Assembly (NCBI GenBank): GCA_024640825.1
Contig: JAHEEG010000004.1
Location: 1,812-65,811 of the forward strand
Source: Gammaproteobacteria bacterium
GTDB taxonomy: Bacteria; Pseudomonadota; Gammaproteobacteria; Pseudomonadales; Azotimanducaceae
DNA: 64,000 bases
Direction of reading: 5' to 3'
The position numbers and the translations under genes were made by a program. Below are positions 17,871-26,034 of this stretch, piece after piece. How positions within the stretch are numbered: position 1 is the first letter of the stretch; each line of letters begins with the position of its first letter. The notes beneath the pieces were generated by a model. The model had not been told where the DNA came from. It did no database searches and saw only the letters and a list, made by a program, of their open reading frames with translations.

Positions 17871-18055
17871 AGCTTCTCCAGGAGGAAGAACACCAGAACA
17901 AATGCGAAGGGCAGCACCACCGCCACATAGGCTACGAGATTCAGCACCTGGTTCTGCTCCGACGCTTCAGCAAGCGGCAGTCGTGGCCCCAGCAGCAGCC
18001 AGGCGCTTCCGCCGGCGATGAAGGACAGCACGAGGGTGAGTACCGCTGCAGCCAA
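17867..18055 (-). CDS. 62-aa two-helix membrane peptide
   Basis: TTG start lies 9 nt after GGAGGA. Two hydrophobic helices (AAAVLTLVLSFIAGGSAWLLL and VAYVAVVLPFAFVLVFFLL). It is coupled to the downstream MTase. Confidence 0.55.
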   Translation of the reverse strand: MAAAVLTLVLSFIAGGSAWLLLGPRLPLAEASEQNQVLNLVAYVAVVLPFAFVLVFFLLEKL

Positions 18056-18305
18056 AGTGTGTGATCCTCCGTGCGACCGGCGCTTGGGCGCCCATCCTTA
18101 AAAAAGACCACAGGCGACTTTACCTATGGCGCTCACAGACGGCCATCGACAGCCGCTGGTCAGATGCCCGATCTGGTAGAAGAGGTGAAGCGCATCCGCT
18201 TTACCATCTGCGATGCGGACTCCAAGCTCTGCAACATCCTGCAGCGATTCGTCCTGGCGGAAACCAGGTCGATATCGGGCCCGATACCAGATCCTGGAGA
18301 CTGAA

Positions 18306-19178
18306 TCAGACCTGGTTGAGCTGCAACATGCCCCGCGGTTTGGCCCCTGTCAGATCGGATATCCTGGCGTAGTTTTCCCCGATATCTTCCACCGTGGCGT
18401 CGACCCCGAGATCCACCCCTTCATTCTCTACGATGCAGGCAACGGAATACTTCCCACCCTGGGCCTGCACCACGACGCCGTTGGGGGCATCTTCGGTACA
18501 GAGATAGACCACCGCGGGTGTGATCAACTCCGGCCCGAGCGCCTTCAAAGCGTCCTCCGGCATCAGATTCTCGGTCATCCGAGTCGCGGCGACCGGCGCG
18601 ATGGCGTTGGTGTGGATATTGTTCTTCGCGCCCTCTATTTTCAAAGAGTTCATGAAGCCTACCAGTCCGAGCTTGGCGGCGCCGTAGTTGGTCTGGCCGA
18701 AGTTGCCGTACAACCCGGATGGCGAGGTGGTCATGACGATGCGTCCGTAGTTCTGCTCGCGCATGATGGGCCATACCTCTTTGGTAACGTTGACCGACCC
18801 TATCAGGTGGACATCCAAGACGACCTGAAAATCGTCGAGCGCCATCTTGGCGAACGACTTGTCCCGGAGAATGCCCGCGTTGTTGATCAGCACGTCAACC
18901 CGGCCCCAGGCGTCCATAGCGTCTTTCACCATGCTTTTGGCGCCCTGCCGGTCAGAGACAGAGCCGCCGTTGGCAAGGGCTTCCCCGCCCGCCTGCTTGA
19001 TCTCGTCGACGACGGCGAGCGCGGCCTCTGAAGAGCCGCCCGTTCCGTCCATCGCACCGCCGAGATCGTTGACCACGACCCTGGCACCCCGCCGAGCCAG
19101 CTCAAGCGCGTGGCAGCGTCCAAGACCCCCGCCGGCACCCGTGACAATAGCCACTTTCCCTTCGAACGAATAACTCAT
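18306..19178 (-). CDS. SDR oxidoreductase, MFE-2-type 3-hydroxyacyl-CoA dehydrogenase-like
   Basis: TGAGGGLG cofactor motif and catalytic YGAAK. The N-terminus EGKVAIVTGAGGGLGRCHALELARRGARVVVNDLGG resembles the MFE-2 dehydrogenase domain. Confidence 0.8.
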   Translation of the reverse strand: MSYSFEGKVAIVTGAGGGLGRCHALELARRGARVVVNDLGGAMDGTGGSSEAALAVVDEIKQAGGEALANGGSVSDRQGAKSMVKDAMDAWGRVDVLINNAGILRDKSFAKMALDDFQVVLDVHLIGSVNVTKEVWPIMREQNYGRIVMTTSPSGLYGNFGQTNYGAAKLGLVGFMNSLKIEGAKNNIHTNAIAPVAATRMTENLMPEDALKALGPELITPAVVYLCTEDAPNGVVVQAQGGKYSVACIVENEGVDLGVDATVEDIGENYARISDLTGAKPRGMLQLNQV

Positions 19179-19237
19179 GGTACGTACTCTCTTGTCGATG
19201 CAAAGCCGCGCATTTTATCCCAGGTGTCGGGTTCGCG

Positions 19238-20890
19238 TCAGGCACGTAGATTGCAAGGCGAAGCTTCGCTGAGCAGAAACGCGAGGCCGTGCAGCGATGC
19301 TGACCGTGGCCAACCTCGAACGCGGCTAAACCCCGACTTACGGTCTGATAGGGAAGCGAACAGGCCCGTGAGCGTCTCGAGCTGCGGCTGAATCCAGTCG
19401 ATCCATCGACACAGCACGGGTCGGGTCTCCCGGGGGTCGATGAGCTCGTGCACGCCGAACGACTCGGCTCTGGGGAAGGGCGACCGATTCGCCTTCAGGC
19501 CTTCCTCCAGCTCGCGCCGCTTGCCCTCTGGATCCTCCGCCGCCGCAATTTCACGATGGAAAGCCACCGCGACACCACCCTCCAGAGGCAGGGCACCCGA
19601 CTCCACCGAGGGCCAGGCGACAACATAGGCGTCATCGCCGTAGTGAGCGGCGGTGGCCACGCCGAAGCCTTTGTGGACCTGAATGGAGGCCCAAGGCACC
19701 GTGGCCTGGACCGCCGCAGCCACCGCTGCCATGCCGTAGCGAATCGTACCCGCTCGCTCCGACTCAGGCCCGATCATGAAACCAGGCTGATCCACAAAGT
19801 TCACGACCGGCAGATGGAAGGTATCGCAGAGCTCGACGAAACGCCGATACTTCTGCGCCGCCTCAGCCGTCATTGCTCCGGCATAGTGGCGACAGTCGTT
19901 GGCAAGCACCCCCACCGGTTGACCATCAAGCCGTGCCAGCCCGCAGATCTGGCTGGGGCCGAAAGCGGCACCCATCTCGAAAAACGAATCCCGGTCCACG
20001 ATCATCGTAACGATGCTGCGCATGTCGAAGGGCGCGTTGGAATCACGAGGCACTGCGTCCAGGAGGTCCTGCTCCATTCGCTCCGGGTCGTCGTTGCTGA
20101 TCACCCTGGGCGCACGCTCCCAGACGTTAGCGGGCAGGTAACCGAGAAACCGTCGAATCTGTCGAAACGCGTCGTACTCGTCCTCGGCAACGTTGTCTAC
20201 GATGCCCGACATAGCATGCACGGCCGCACCGCCCAGTTCATCTTTGGTCAAGCGGACACCGAGCGCCCTTTCCACCAGCGCCGGACCGCCGATGAGAATC
20301 TGCGCGGTGTGGCGGGTCATGACCGAAAAGTGAGACGCCACCAGACGGCCAGCGGGGAAACCGGCTACCGCACCGAGGGCGGCAGAGGCGATGGGTACCT
20401 GACCCATGGCATCGGCGATGATCTTGAATCGCGGCTCTGCGTACACCGGCTCGCCAACGGTGCCACCTTTGCGCCCCGAGCCTTTGACGCTGCCTCCACC
20501 GCCTTCCAGCAAGCGAACGAGGGGAACGCGATAACGGGACGCCATGCGTTCCGCATAGACGCTCTTCCGCAGACCGGCAGCGTTCGGAGAACCGCCTTTG
20601 AGGGTGAAATCCTCGCCGCCTACCACCACGCGACGATCATCGATTCGACCGAAGCCCAGAACGTAATTGGCTGGCACGTAACCCGTCAGCTCATCCTTGT
20701 CGTCATACTCGGGAACAGCGGTGGCACGACCCTGCTCCTGAAAGCTTCCGGGATCAAGCAGGGCGTCTACGCGCTCGCGAATCGTAAGCCGGCCCTTGGA
20801 ATGCTGCTTCGCGATGCCCGTCTTTCCACCCTGCTGGCTGGCAAGCCGGCGTCGGCGTTCAATCTCCCGAACTTCCTGTTCCCAACTCAT
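19238..20890 (-). CDS. acyl-CoA carboxylase carboxyltransferase (beta) subunit
   Basis: GKTGIAKQHSKGRLTIRERVDALLDPGSF N-terminus, two CT halves, and ELIDPRETR near the C-terminus. The last about 40 aa look like a read-through tail. Confidence 0.85.
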   Translation of the reverse strand: MSWEQEVREIERRRRLASQQGGKTGIAKQHSKGRLTIRERVDALLDPGSFQEQGRATAVPEYDDKDELTGYVPANYVLGFGRIDDRRVVVGGEDFTLKGGSPNAAGLRKSVYAERMASRYRVPLVRLLEGGGGSVKGSGRKGGTVGEPVYAEPRFKIIADAMGQVPIASAALGAVAGFPAGRLVASHFSVMTRHTAQILIGGPALVERALGVRLTKDELGGAAVHAMSGIVDNVAEDEYDAFRQIRRFLGYLPANVWERAPRVISNDDPERMEQDLLDAVPRDSNAPFDMRSIVTMIVDRDSFFEMGAAFGPSQICGLARLDGQPVGVLANDCRHYAGAMTAEAAQKYRRFVELCDTFHLPVVNFVDQPGFMIGPESERAGTIRYGMAAVAAAVQATVPWASIQVHKGFGVATAAHYGDDAYVVAWPSVESGALPLEGGVAVAFHREIAAAEDPEGKRRELEEGLKANRSPFPRAESFGVHELIDPRETRPVLCRWIDWIQPQLETLTGLFASLSDRKSGFSRVRGWPRSASLHGLAFLLSEASPCNLRA

Positions 20891-20901
20891 GCGAGTATCT
20901 G

Positions 20902-21705
20902 TCAGCCGTCACTAAACTTTGGCGGGCGTTTCTCAAAGTTCGCTTTGATGGCTTCCACCTGATTGGCAGAGCCGATGAGGCCCATCTGCAGCCGCGACTC
21001 CATCTCCAGTCCCGTGCGCTCGTCGGCGTGCCAGCTGTCCTCGTACAGAAGTTTGCCGGCCCGCACGGCATCTGGCGACTTGCCCGCGATCTCCTCCGCG
21101 AGAGCCATGGCATCGGCGAGCGGATCGTCAGATACGTGGGTTACCAGACCCAGGGTCTGAGCTTCCGCTCCGGACAGGACCCGCCCCGTGAAGGTGAGTT
21201 CCTTAGCAACGTCTATTGGCACCAGATCTCGCAGCGTCTGCGTGATACTCATGTCCGGTACGAGACCCCATTTGATCTCCATGATGGACATCCTGGCGTC
21301 CGCCGCGGCGAATCGGATATCGGCGCCCAGCGCAATCTGGCAGCCACCCCCGTAGGCCACGCCGTGAATCGCGGCTATGACCGGCACCGGCAGCCTTTTC
21401 CATACGTATGCCGGGCGTTGCGCATGATTTTCCGGACGCTCGTCGCGCTTCAGCAGGCCACCGGTATCACCCGTGGATCCGCCACCCGCCATTCCCTGAA
21501 AGCTCCCCATGTCCAGACCGGCACAGAAACCCCTGCCGTTGCCTGAGAGAACCACCGCGCGGACATCAGTGGACCCCGCCAGAGACTCTCCCGCTTCGAT
21601 GATGGCCTTGAACATCTCCGGGCTGAGCGCGTTGTACTTGTCCGGGCGGTTGAGCCGAACATCGGCAATCCCGGCCTTGACGTCAATGGTCACAAGATCT
21701 GTCAT
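20902..21705 (-). CDS. enoyl-CoA hydratase/isomerase family protein
   Basis: Start at MTDLVTIDVKAGIADVRLNRPDKYNAL (ATG 21705). Crotonase signature GNGRGFCAGLD. Confidence 0.85.
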   Translation of the reverse strand: MTDLVTIDVKAGIADVRLNRPDKYNALSPEMFKAIIEAGESLAGSTDVRAVVLSGNGRGFCAGLDMGSFQGMAGGGSTGDTGGLLKRDERPENHAQRPAYVWKRLPVPVIAAIHGVAYGGGCQIALGADIRFAAADARMSIMEIKWGLVPDMSITQTLRDLVPIDVAKELTFTGRVLSGAEAQTLGLVTHVSDDPLADAMALAEEIAGKSPDAVRAGKLLYEDSWHADERTGLEMESRLQMGLIGSANQVEAIKANFEKRPPKFSDG

Positions 21706-21763
21706 GAGGGTACATCCCGGCTTTTTCGGATGCCGTAACTTACCATGGGCCCGGGAGAAATTC

Positions 21764-22297
21764 TCAGTCCGAGGTACCCTGGCTGATACGACTGGAAACC
21801 GCCAGGTGACCAAGTTTGAGCGGGTTTCTGACCACGTAGATGCGCCTGATGAGACCCTCACGGGCTTCCACGAGCAGGCAGGAATGGGCCAGCAAGACGG
21901 CATCGTTAGCCATCAGAGCCACCAGACCTTCCGCATCCCCGACTGACACCGTGGCGATCATCCGTTCCAGCAACCGTTTCTGCTCACTGGACGACGTAAT
22001 CTCGGCAAAACTGGTTCCGACCGCTTTCCTCAGCACGGAAACTACCCGCTCTGCCGCGGACAGTTTTTCCAGCATCAGCAGGAACCCGAATCCGAGTTCC
22101 TCGGCAATCATCGCCGATTTTTCCGTGACATCCTCCTCCGTGCTCACCGGCTGTGGAAGCCAAGGGCCCTGATATGCGCGGCGTTCCACTTTGAGACGGC
22201 GAAGACGAGGCCGGACGCGGCCTGGATTTTCAAGAGCATGGTTTCTCTCCGTATCATCAGCATCCAACTGACGTCTCAGCACGGAGAAACGTGACAT
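21764..22297 (-). pseudogene. SigJ/ECF41-like sigma factor remnant (region 2 missing, internal deletions)
   Basis: RRAYQGPWLPQPV, the region-4-like LSAAERVVSVLRKAVGTSFAEI, and C-terminal GDAEGLVALMANDAVLL...RIYVVRNPLKLGHL match SigJ-type landmarks. The N-terminal sigma region 2 and most of the SnoaL-like domain are absent. GC3 is lower than in neighbouring genes. Confidence 0.45.
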
Positions 22298-22303
22298 GCA
22301 GGC

Positions 22304-22525
22304 TCAGGTTTCGATAACGGCAAGAACTTCGTCTTCGGCCACCGAGTCTTCCGGTTTCACTCTGAGCTCCAGAATTCGACCGGCTGCAGGTGCTTCAACG
22401 GGTATTTCCATCTTCATGGATTCGAGAATCATCAGCACGTCCCCCTGGGCAACCTGGTCACCCACGGCTACCTCCACCTTCCAGACGTTGCCCTGAACCT
22501 CGCTCTCTACGTCGATATTGGCCAC
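22304..22525 (-). CDS. biotin carboxyl carrier (biotinyl domain only, 73 aa)
   Basis: GTG start lies 4 nt after GGAGGGG, just after the BC stop. Biotinylation motif LESMKME sits within a biotin/lipoyl hammerhead domain. Confidence 0.8.
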   Translation of the reverse strand: MANIDVESEVQGNVWKVEVAVGDQVAQGDVLMILESMKMEIPVEAPAAGRILELRVKPEDSVAEDEVLAVIET

Positions 22526-22535
22526 AACCCCTCCG

Positions 22536-23882
22536 TTATTTGAATGGCAGCCACCGGCGCCTGTCGAGAAACCCCGTATCCAGATCCGCAGCGAGAAACT
22601 CGTCGTCCTGCAGGACAACTTCCAGCAGCGGAATATTGGTCTGCACGCCGCGGATCTCCAGACCTTTGAGCGCCACCAGCAGGCGCCCCACGGCCTGCTC
22701 TCGCGTCGTGCCCCAGCCGATCACCTTGGCCAGCAGCGGATCGTAGAATGGGGTCACTGCTTGGCCCTGAGCGTAACCCGTGTCAATCCTAACGCCAAAC
22801 ATGTCGGGGACACGGAGGTGGGAAAGCAGCCCGGTAGAGGGCAGGCCGGTGCGCGGATCCTCCGAATAAACCCTGGCCTCCATCGCAAATCCGTCCAGCG
22901 GTGGCTGCTCTGGCAACCGCCCACCTGCGGCCAGTTCGATCTGAGTCGCCACCAGATCGATACCCGTAACTGCCTCAGTGACCCCGTGCTCCACCTGAAT
23001 ACGCGTATTCATCTCGAGAAAACCGAACTTCCCGTCCGCGTCTCTCAGCATCTCCACGGTGCCGGCGCTGTCGTAATTCATAGCGCCGGCGACAGCCGCA
23101 GCCTTGGTAGCCAGCAAATCCAGCTCCTGTCGCGAGATGCCTGGCGCCGGAGCTTCTTCAATGACTTTCTGGTGCCGCCTCTGTAGCGAGCAGTCTCGTT
23201 CGTACAGATGCATGGCGCCGCCCTTGCCATCTCCAAGCACCTGGATCTCGACGTGCCGCGGCGAAGCGATGCAGGCTTCCAGAAACAGGGTGTCATCGTC
23301 GAAAGCCGCCGTCACCAGCTTTCGAGCCTGGCTGAAAGTTCGAGAAAGTTCATCGGCATCCCGCAACGCACGCATGCCGATCCCGCCTCCACCTCCCGCA
23401 GGCTTGAGCATGATCGGATACCCGATACGTTCGGCAGCCTGGAGGGCGGCGTCCAGGTCGGCCACTGCGCCGCTGCCTGCAAAAACCGGCAGCCCGAGCT
23501 CCGTCATAAGCGCTCGGGCGTTGATTTTGTCACCCATCATCTCCAGGAAACGAGGAGACGGACCGACAAATACTGCACCGGCGTCTTCAATGGCCACGGC
23601 GAACGCCGCGCTTTCCGAGAGAAATCCGTAACCGGGATGCACCGCGTCAGCGCCGCTGCGCTTCACACAGTCGACGAGCGCCGGGATGTTCAGATAGGTT
23701 TCTCCCGCCGTCGAACCGCTCAAGGCCAGGGTTTCAGAAGCTTCCGCAAGATAGGGTGCACCCGCATCCGCTTCGGAATAGACGGCGACCGAGCGGATGC
23801 CAAGTTTGTCGCACGCCCGGATTACCCGCCGCGCGATAGCGCCCCGATTGGCAACCAGCAGCTTACGGAACGGACCGGGCAT
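22536..23882 (-). CDS. biotin carboxylase subunit
   Basis: KLLVANRGAIARRVIRAC N-terminus, an ATP-grasp core (GYPIMLKPAGGGGGIGM), and a 448 aa length matching AccC-type BC without a fused BCCP. Confidence 0.9.
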   Translation of the reverse strand: MPGPFRKLLVANRGAIARRVIRACDKLGIRSVAVYSEADAGAPYLAEASETLALSGSTAGETYLNIPALVDCVKRSGADAVHPGYGFLSESAAFAVAIEDAGAVFVGPSPRFLEMMGDKINARALMTELGLPVFAGSGAVADLDAALQAAERIGYPIMLKPAGGGGGIGMRALRDADELSRTFSQARKLVTAAFDDDTLFLEACIASPRHVEIQVLGDGKGGAMHLYERDCSLQRRHQKVIEEAPAPGISRQELDLLATKAAAVAGAMNYDSAGTVEMLRDADGKFGFLEMNTRIQVEHGVTEAVTGIDLVATQIELAAGGRLPEQPPLDGFAMEARVYSEDPRTGLPSTGLLSHLRVPDMFGVRIDTGYAQGQAVTPFYDPLLAKVIGWGTTREQAVGRLLVALKGLEIRGVQTNIPLLEVVLQDDEFLAADLDTGFLDRRRWLPFK

Positions 23883-24255
23883 CCCCAGCCTCGCTGTCCT
23901 GAGAGGCTCGTTCCATCAGGTAGCGCGCCAGCTCCGACCAGGCCTCGACAAATCCACCCAGGCCGCGCCCCGCCGTGGCCGTCGTCCTGCGCCCCGCAGC
24001 TGAAGCTCTGGTCACGTCATCCAGAATGGCGGCGGCATCGGTGGCTGCCAACGATAATCGGAACATATCAGTGAGCGGGCCTCCGCGGTGATCGGCAGGT
24101 TTACACAGCGGCTCTGCGCCCAGGGTTTGTTCGAGAAACACCCGCGCAACCTCGGACTGCGCTTCCTGCTCGAGCAGCTCGAGGGTCTGCTCGAGCATCC
24201 ACCGACTCAATACATCGGGCATATCGCACAGCGATTTATAACGATCCCAGTCCAC
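23863..24255 (-). CDS. hypothetical protein (130 aa) leading the carboxylase operon
   Basis: GC3-rich coding-like frame. Its 3-prime end overlaps the BC start by 20 nt. No motif recognised. The start is uncertain (GTG 24255 or ATG 24222). Confidence 0.5.
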   Translation of the reverse strand: MDWDRYKSLCDMPDVLSRWMLEQTLELLEQEAQSEVARVFLEQTLGAEPLCKPADHRGGPLTDMFRLSLAATDAAAILDDVTRASAAGRRTTATAGRGLGGFVEAWSELARYLMERASQDSEAGDARSVP

Positions 24256-24279
24256 GAGTCCGGAGCAGATCTGCCGTTT

Positions 24280-25221
24280 TCAGGCCAGCTGCAGGGGGCT
24301 GCCGGTCAAGCGTTCGTAGGCCTCCAGATACCGGGCGATACTCCGCTCTATCACGTCCGCGGGGAGGACCGGGCCCGGAGGCGTCTTATCCCATTCCCCG
24401 GCGTCAACCACGGTTTCCAGATAGTTTCGTACGATCTGCTTATCGAAGCTCGGCTGCTCGCGCCCGGGTTGCCATTCGTCAGCAGGCCAGAACCGGGAGC
24501 TGTCCGGGGTAAAGATCTCATCGATGAGTATCGGTGTGCTCTGGCCGGGTAACTGACCGAATTCGAACTTTGTATCAGCGAGAATGATCCCGCGTTCGAA
24601 AGCATAATCCCGCGCTCGGGTGTAGAGGTCCAGCGTGGTATCCCGCAGCCAGCTCATGAGTTCCCGCCCAACCTCGGCAACGCCCTCATCAAAGCTGATG
24701 TTTTCATCGTGGCCCGTCTCCGCCTTGGTCGAAGGCGTGAACAGCGGTTCCGCCAGACGGTCACTGTTGCGCAGACCTTCCGGCAGGGGAATGCCGCAAA
24801 CGGACCCGCTGCGCTGGTAGTCCTTCCAGCCGCTGCCGGTGATGTAGCCGCGCGCGATGCACTCAATGGGTACAACCCGGGTTTTACGACATAGCATCAT
24901 GCGTCCCTGAAGCAGGTTGCGCTCAGCCGCATCCAGGCCGGGCACCGAGGCCGGATCCGTCGAGATCAGATGATGCTCCACCTCGCCGGAAAAGTGTTCA
25001 AACCAGAACTTGGAAATCTGAGTGAGAACGATACCCTTACCCGGCAGGCCGTTCTGCATGACCACATCGAACGCGCTGATGCGATCCGTGGCGACGATCA
25101 GCAACGCTTCCTCACCACCCTCCAGGGTAACATCATAGAGATCCCGAACCTTGCCGGACCGTCGGTTCGGCAGATTCAGGCGAGTTTCCATCAACGCGTC
25201 GTTCATGTTGGTACCTGCCAT
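24280..25221 (-). CDS. purC: phosphoribosylaminoimidazole-succinocarboxamide (SAICAR) synthase
   Basis: GKVRDLYDV and LLIVATDRISAFD motifs. The start is tentatively ATG 25221 (AGGAGA immediately upstream); the alternative is 25206. Confidence 0.9.
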   Translation of the reverse strand: MAGTNMNDALMETRLNLPNRRSGKVRDLYDVTLEGGEEALLIVATDRISAFDVVMQNGLPGKGIVLTQISKFWFEHFSGEVEHHLISTDPASVPGLDAAERNLLQGRMMLCRKTRVVPIECIARGYITGSGWKDYQRSGSVCGIPLPEGLRNSDRLAEPLFTPSTKAETGHDENISFDEGVAEVGRELMSWLRDTTLDLYTRARDYAFERGIILADTKFEFGQLPGQSTPILIDEIFTPDSSRFWPADEWQPGREQPSFDKQIVRNYLETVVDAGEWDKTPPGPVLPADVIERSIARYLEAYERLTGSPLQLA

Positions 25222-25252
25222 TTCTCCTATAGACCGATTTGCATGTGCTGGA

Positions 25253-26017
25253 TCAAAGGGTGCTGCCGCCATCGGCCATGTAGACGGAACCGGTCACCCA
25301 GCTGCTGTCATCGCTGGCCAGAAACAGCATCACTCTGGCGATTTCTTCCGGGGACCCGTATCGGCCCATGGGTATGCCGGCAGCAAGGCTTTTCTTGATA
25401 GAGGCACCGGCACCCGGGGCGAAGCCCTCTTCGAGGCTGCGCATCATCCTTGTTTCTACGGGCGACGGATTCACGGTGTTCACCCGGATGCCGAGCGGGG
25501 CCCCCTCGGCTGCTGCAGACCGCATGAGTCCAATCACCGCGTGCTTGCTGGTGACATAGGGTGCAACTCCAGGCGAGCCGCTCACCCCGGCAACCGAGGA
25601 GGTAATGACAACGCTCCCGCCACCGCGGGCCTGCAGCACCGGAAAAGCTGACTGCAAGCCCAGGAACACGCCCTTGACGTTAACATTCATTACCTGGTCG
25701 AAGCGTGCCTCATCCTGTTCGGTGATGGGCCTCACGTCACCTTCGATACCGGCGTTGGCGAGGAAAATATCTACGCCGCCGTAACGTTCGGTCGCACACC
25801 CGAACATGGCACGATTATCCTCCGCCCGGGTTACATCTCCCACGCAATGGCTCACCCTGTTGCTGCCGATCTGCTGCACGACCTCCACCAGGGCAGATTC
25901 ATCCAGATCTACCAGCAGCACGTCGGCGCCTTCAGCAGCAAACAAAGCGCCCGCCGCCGCTCCGATGCCACCGGCACCGCCGGTGATAACCGCCACCTTA
26001 CCTTCGAGTCGCCCCAT
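25253..26017 (-). CDS. SDR family oxidoreductase
   Basis: TGGAGGIG cofactor motif and YVTSK catalytic motif. 254 aa classical SDR. Confidence 0.85.
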   Translation of the reverse strand: MGRLEGKVAVITGGAGGIGAAAGALFAAEGADVLLVDLDESALVEVVQQIGSNRVSHCVGDVTRAEDNRAMFGCATERYGGVDIFLANAGIEGDVRPITEQDEARFDQVMNVNVKGVFLGLQSAFPVLQARGGGSVVITSSVAGVSGSPGVAPYVTSKHAVIGLMRSAAAEGAPLGIRVNTVNPSPVETRMMRSLEEGFAPGAGASIKKSLAAGIPMGRYGSPEEIARVMLFLASDDSSWVTGSVYMADGGSTL

Positions 26018-26034
26018 AGTTCAGCACTCCAGCT

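Noticed and set aside
18071-18304. A 77-aa plus-strand ORF in the 250-nt spacer. Its C-terminal 46 codons (MPDLVEEVKRIRFTICDADSKLCNILQRFVLAE...) have gene-like GC3.
   Set aside because: There is no SD before either ATG and no recognisable family. It may be a gene fragment or a real small protein, but the sequence alone cannot support a call. Ribo-seq or conservation analysis would settle it.
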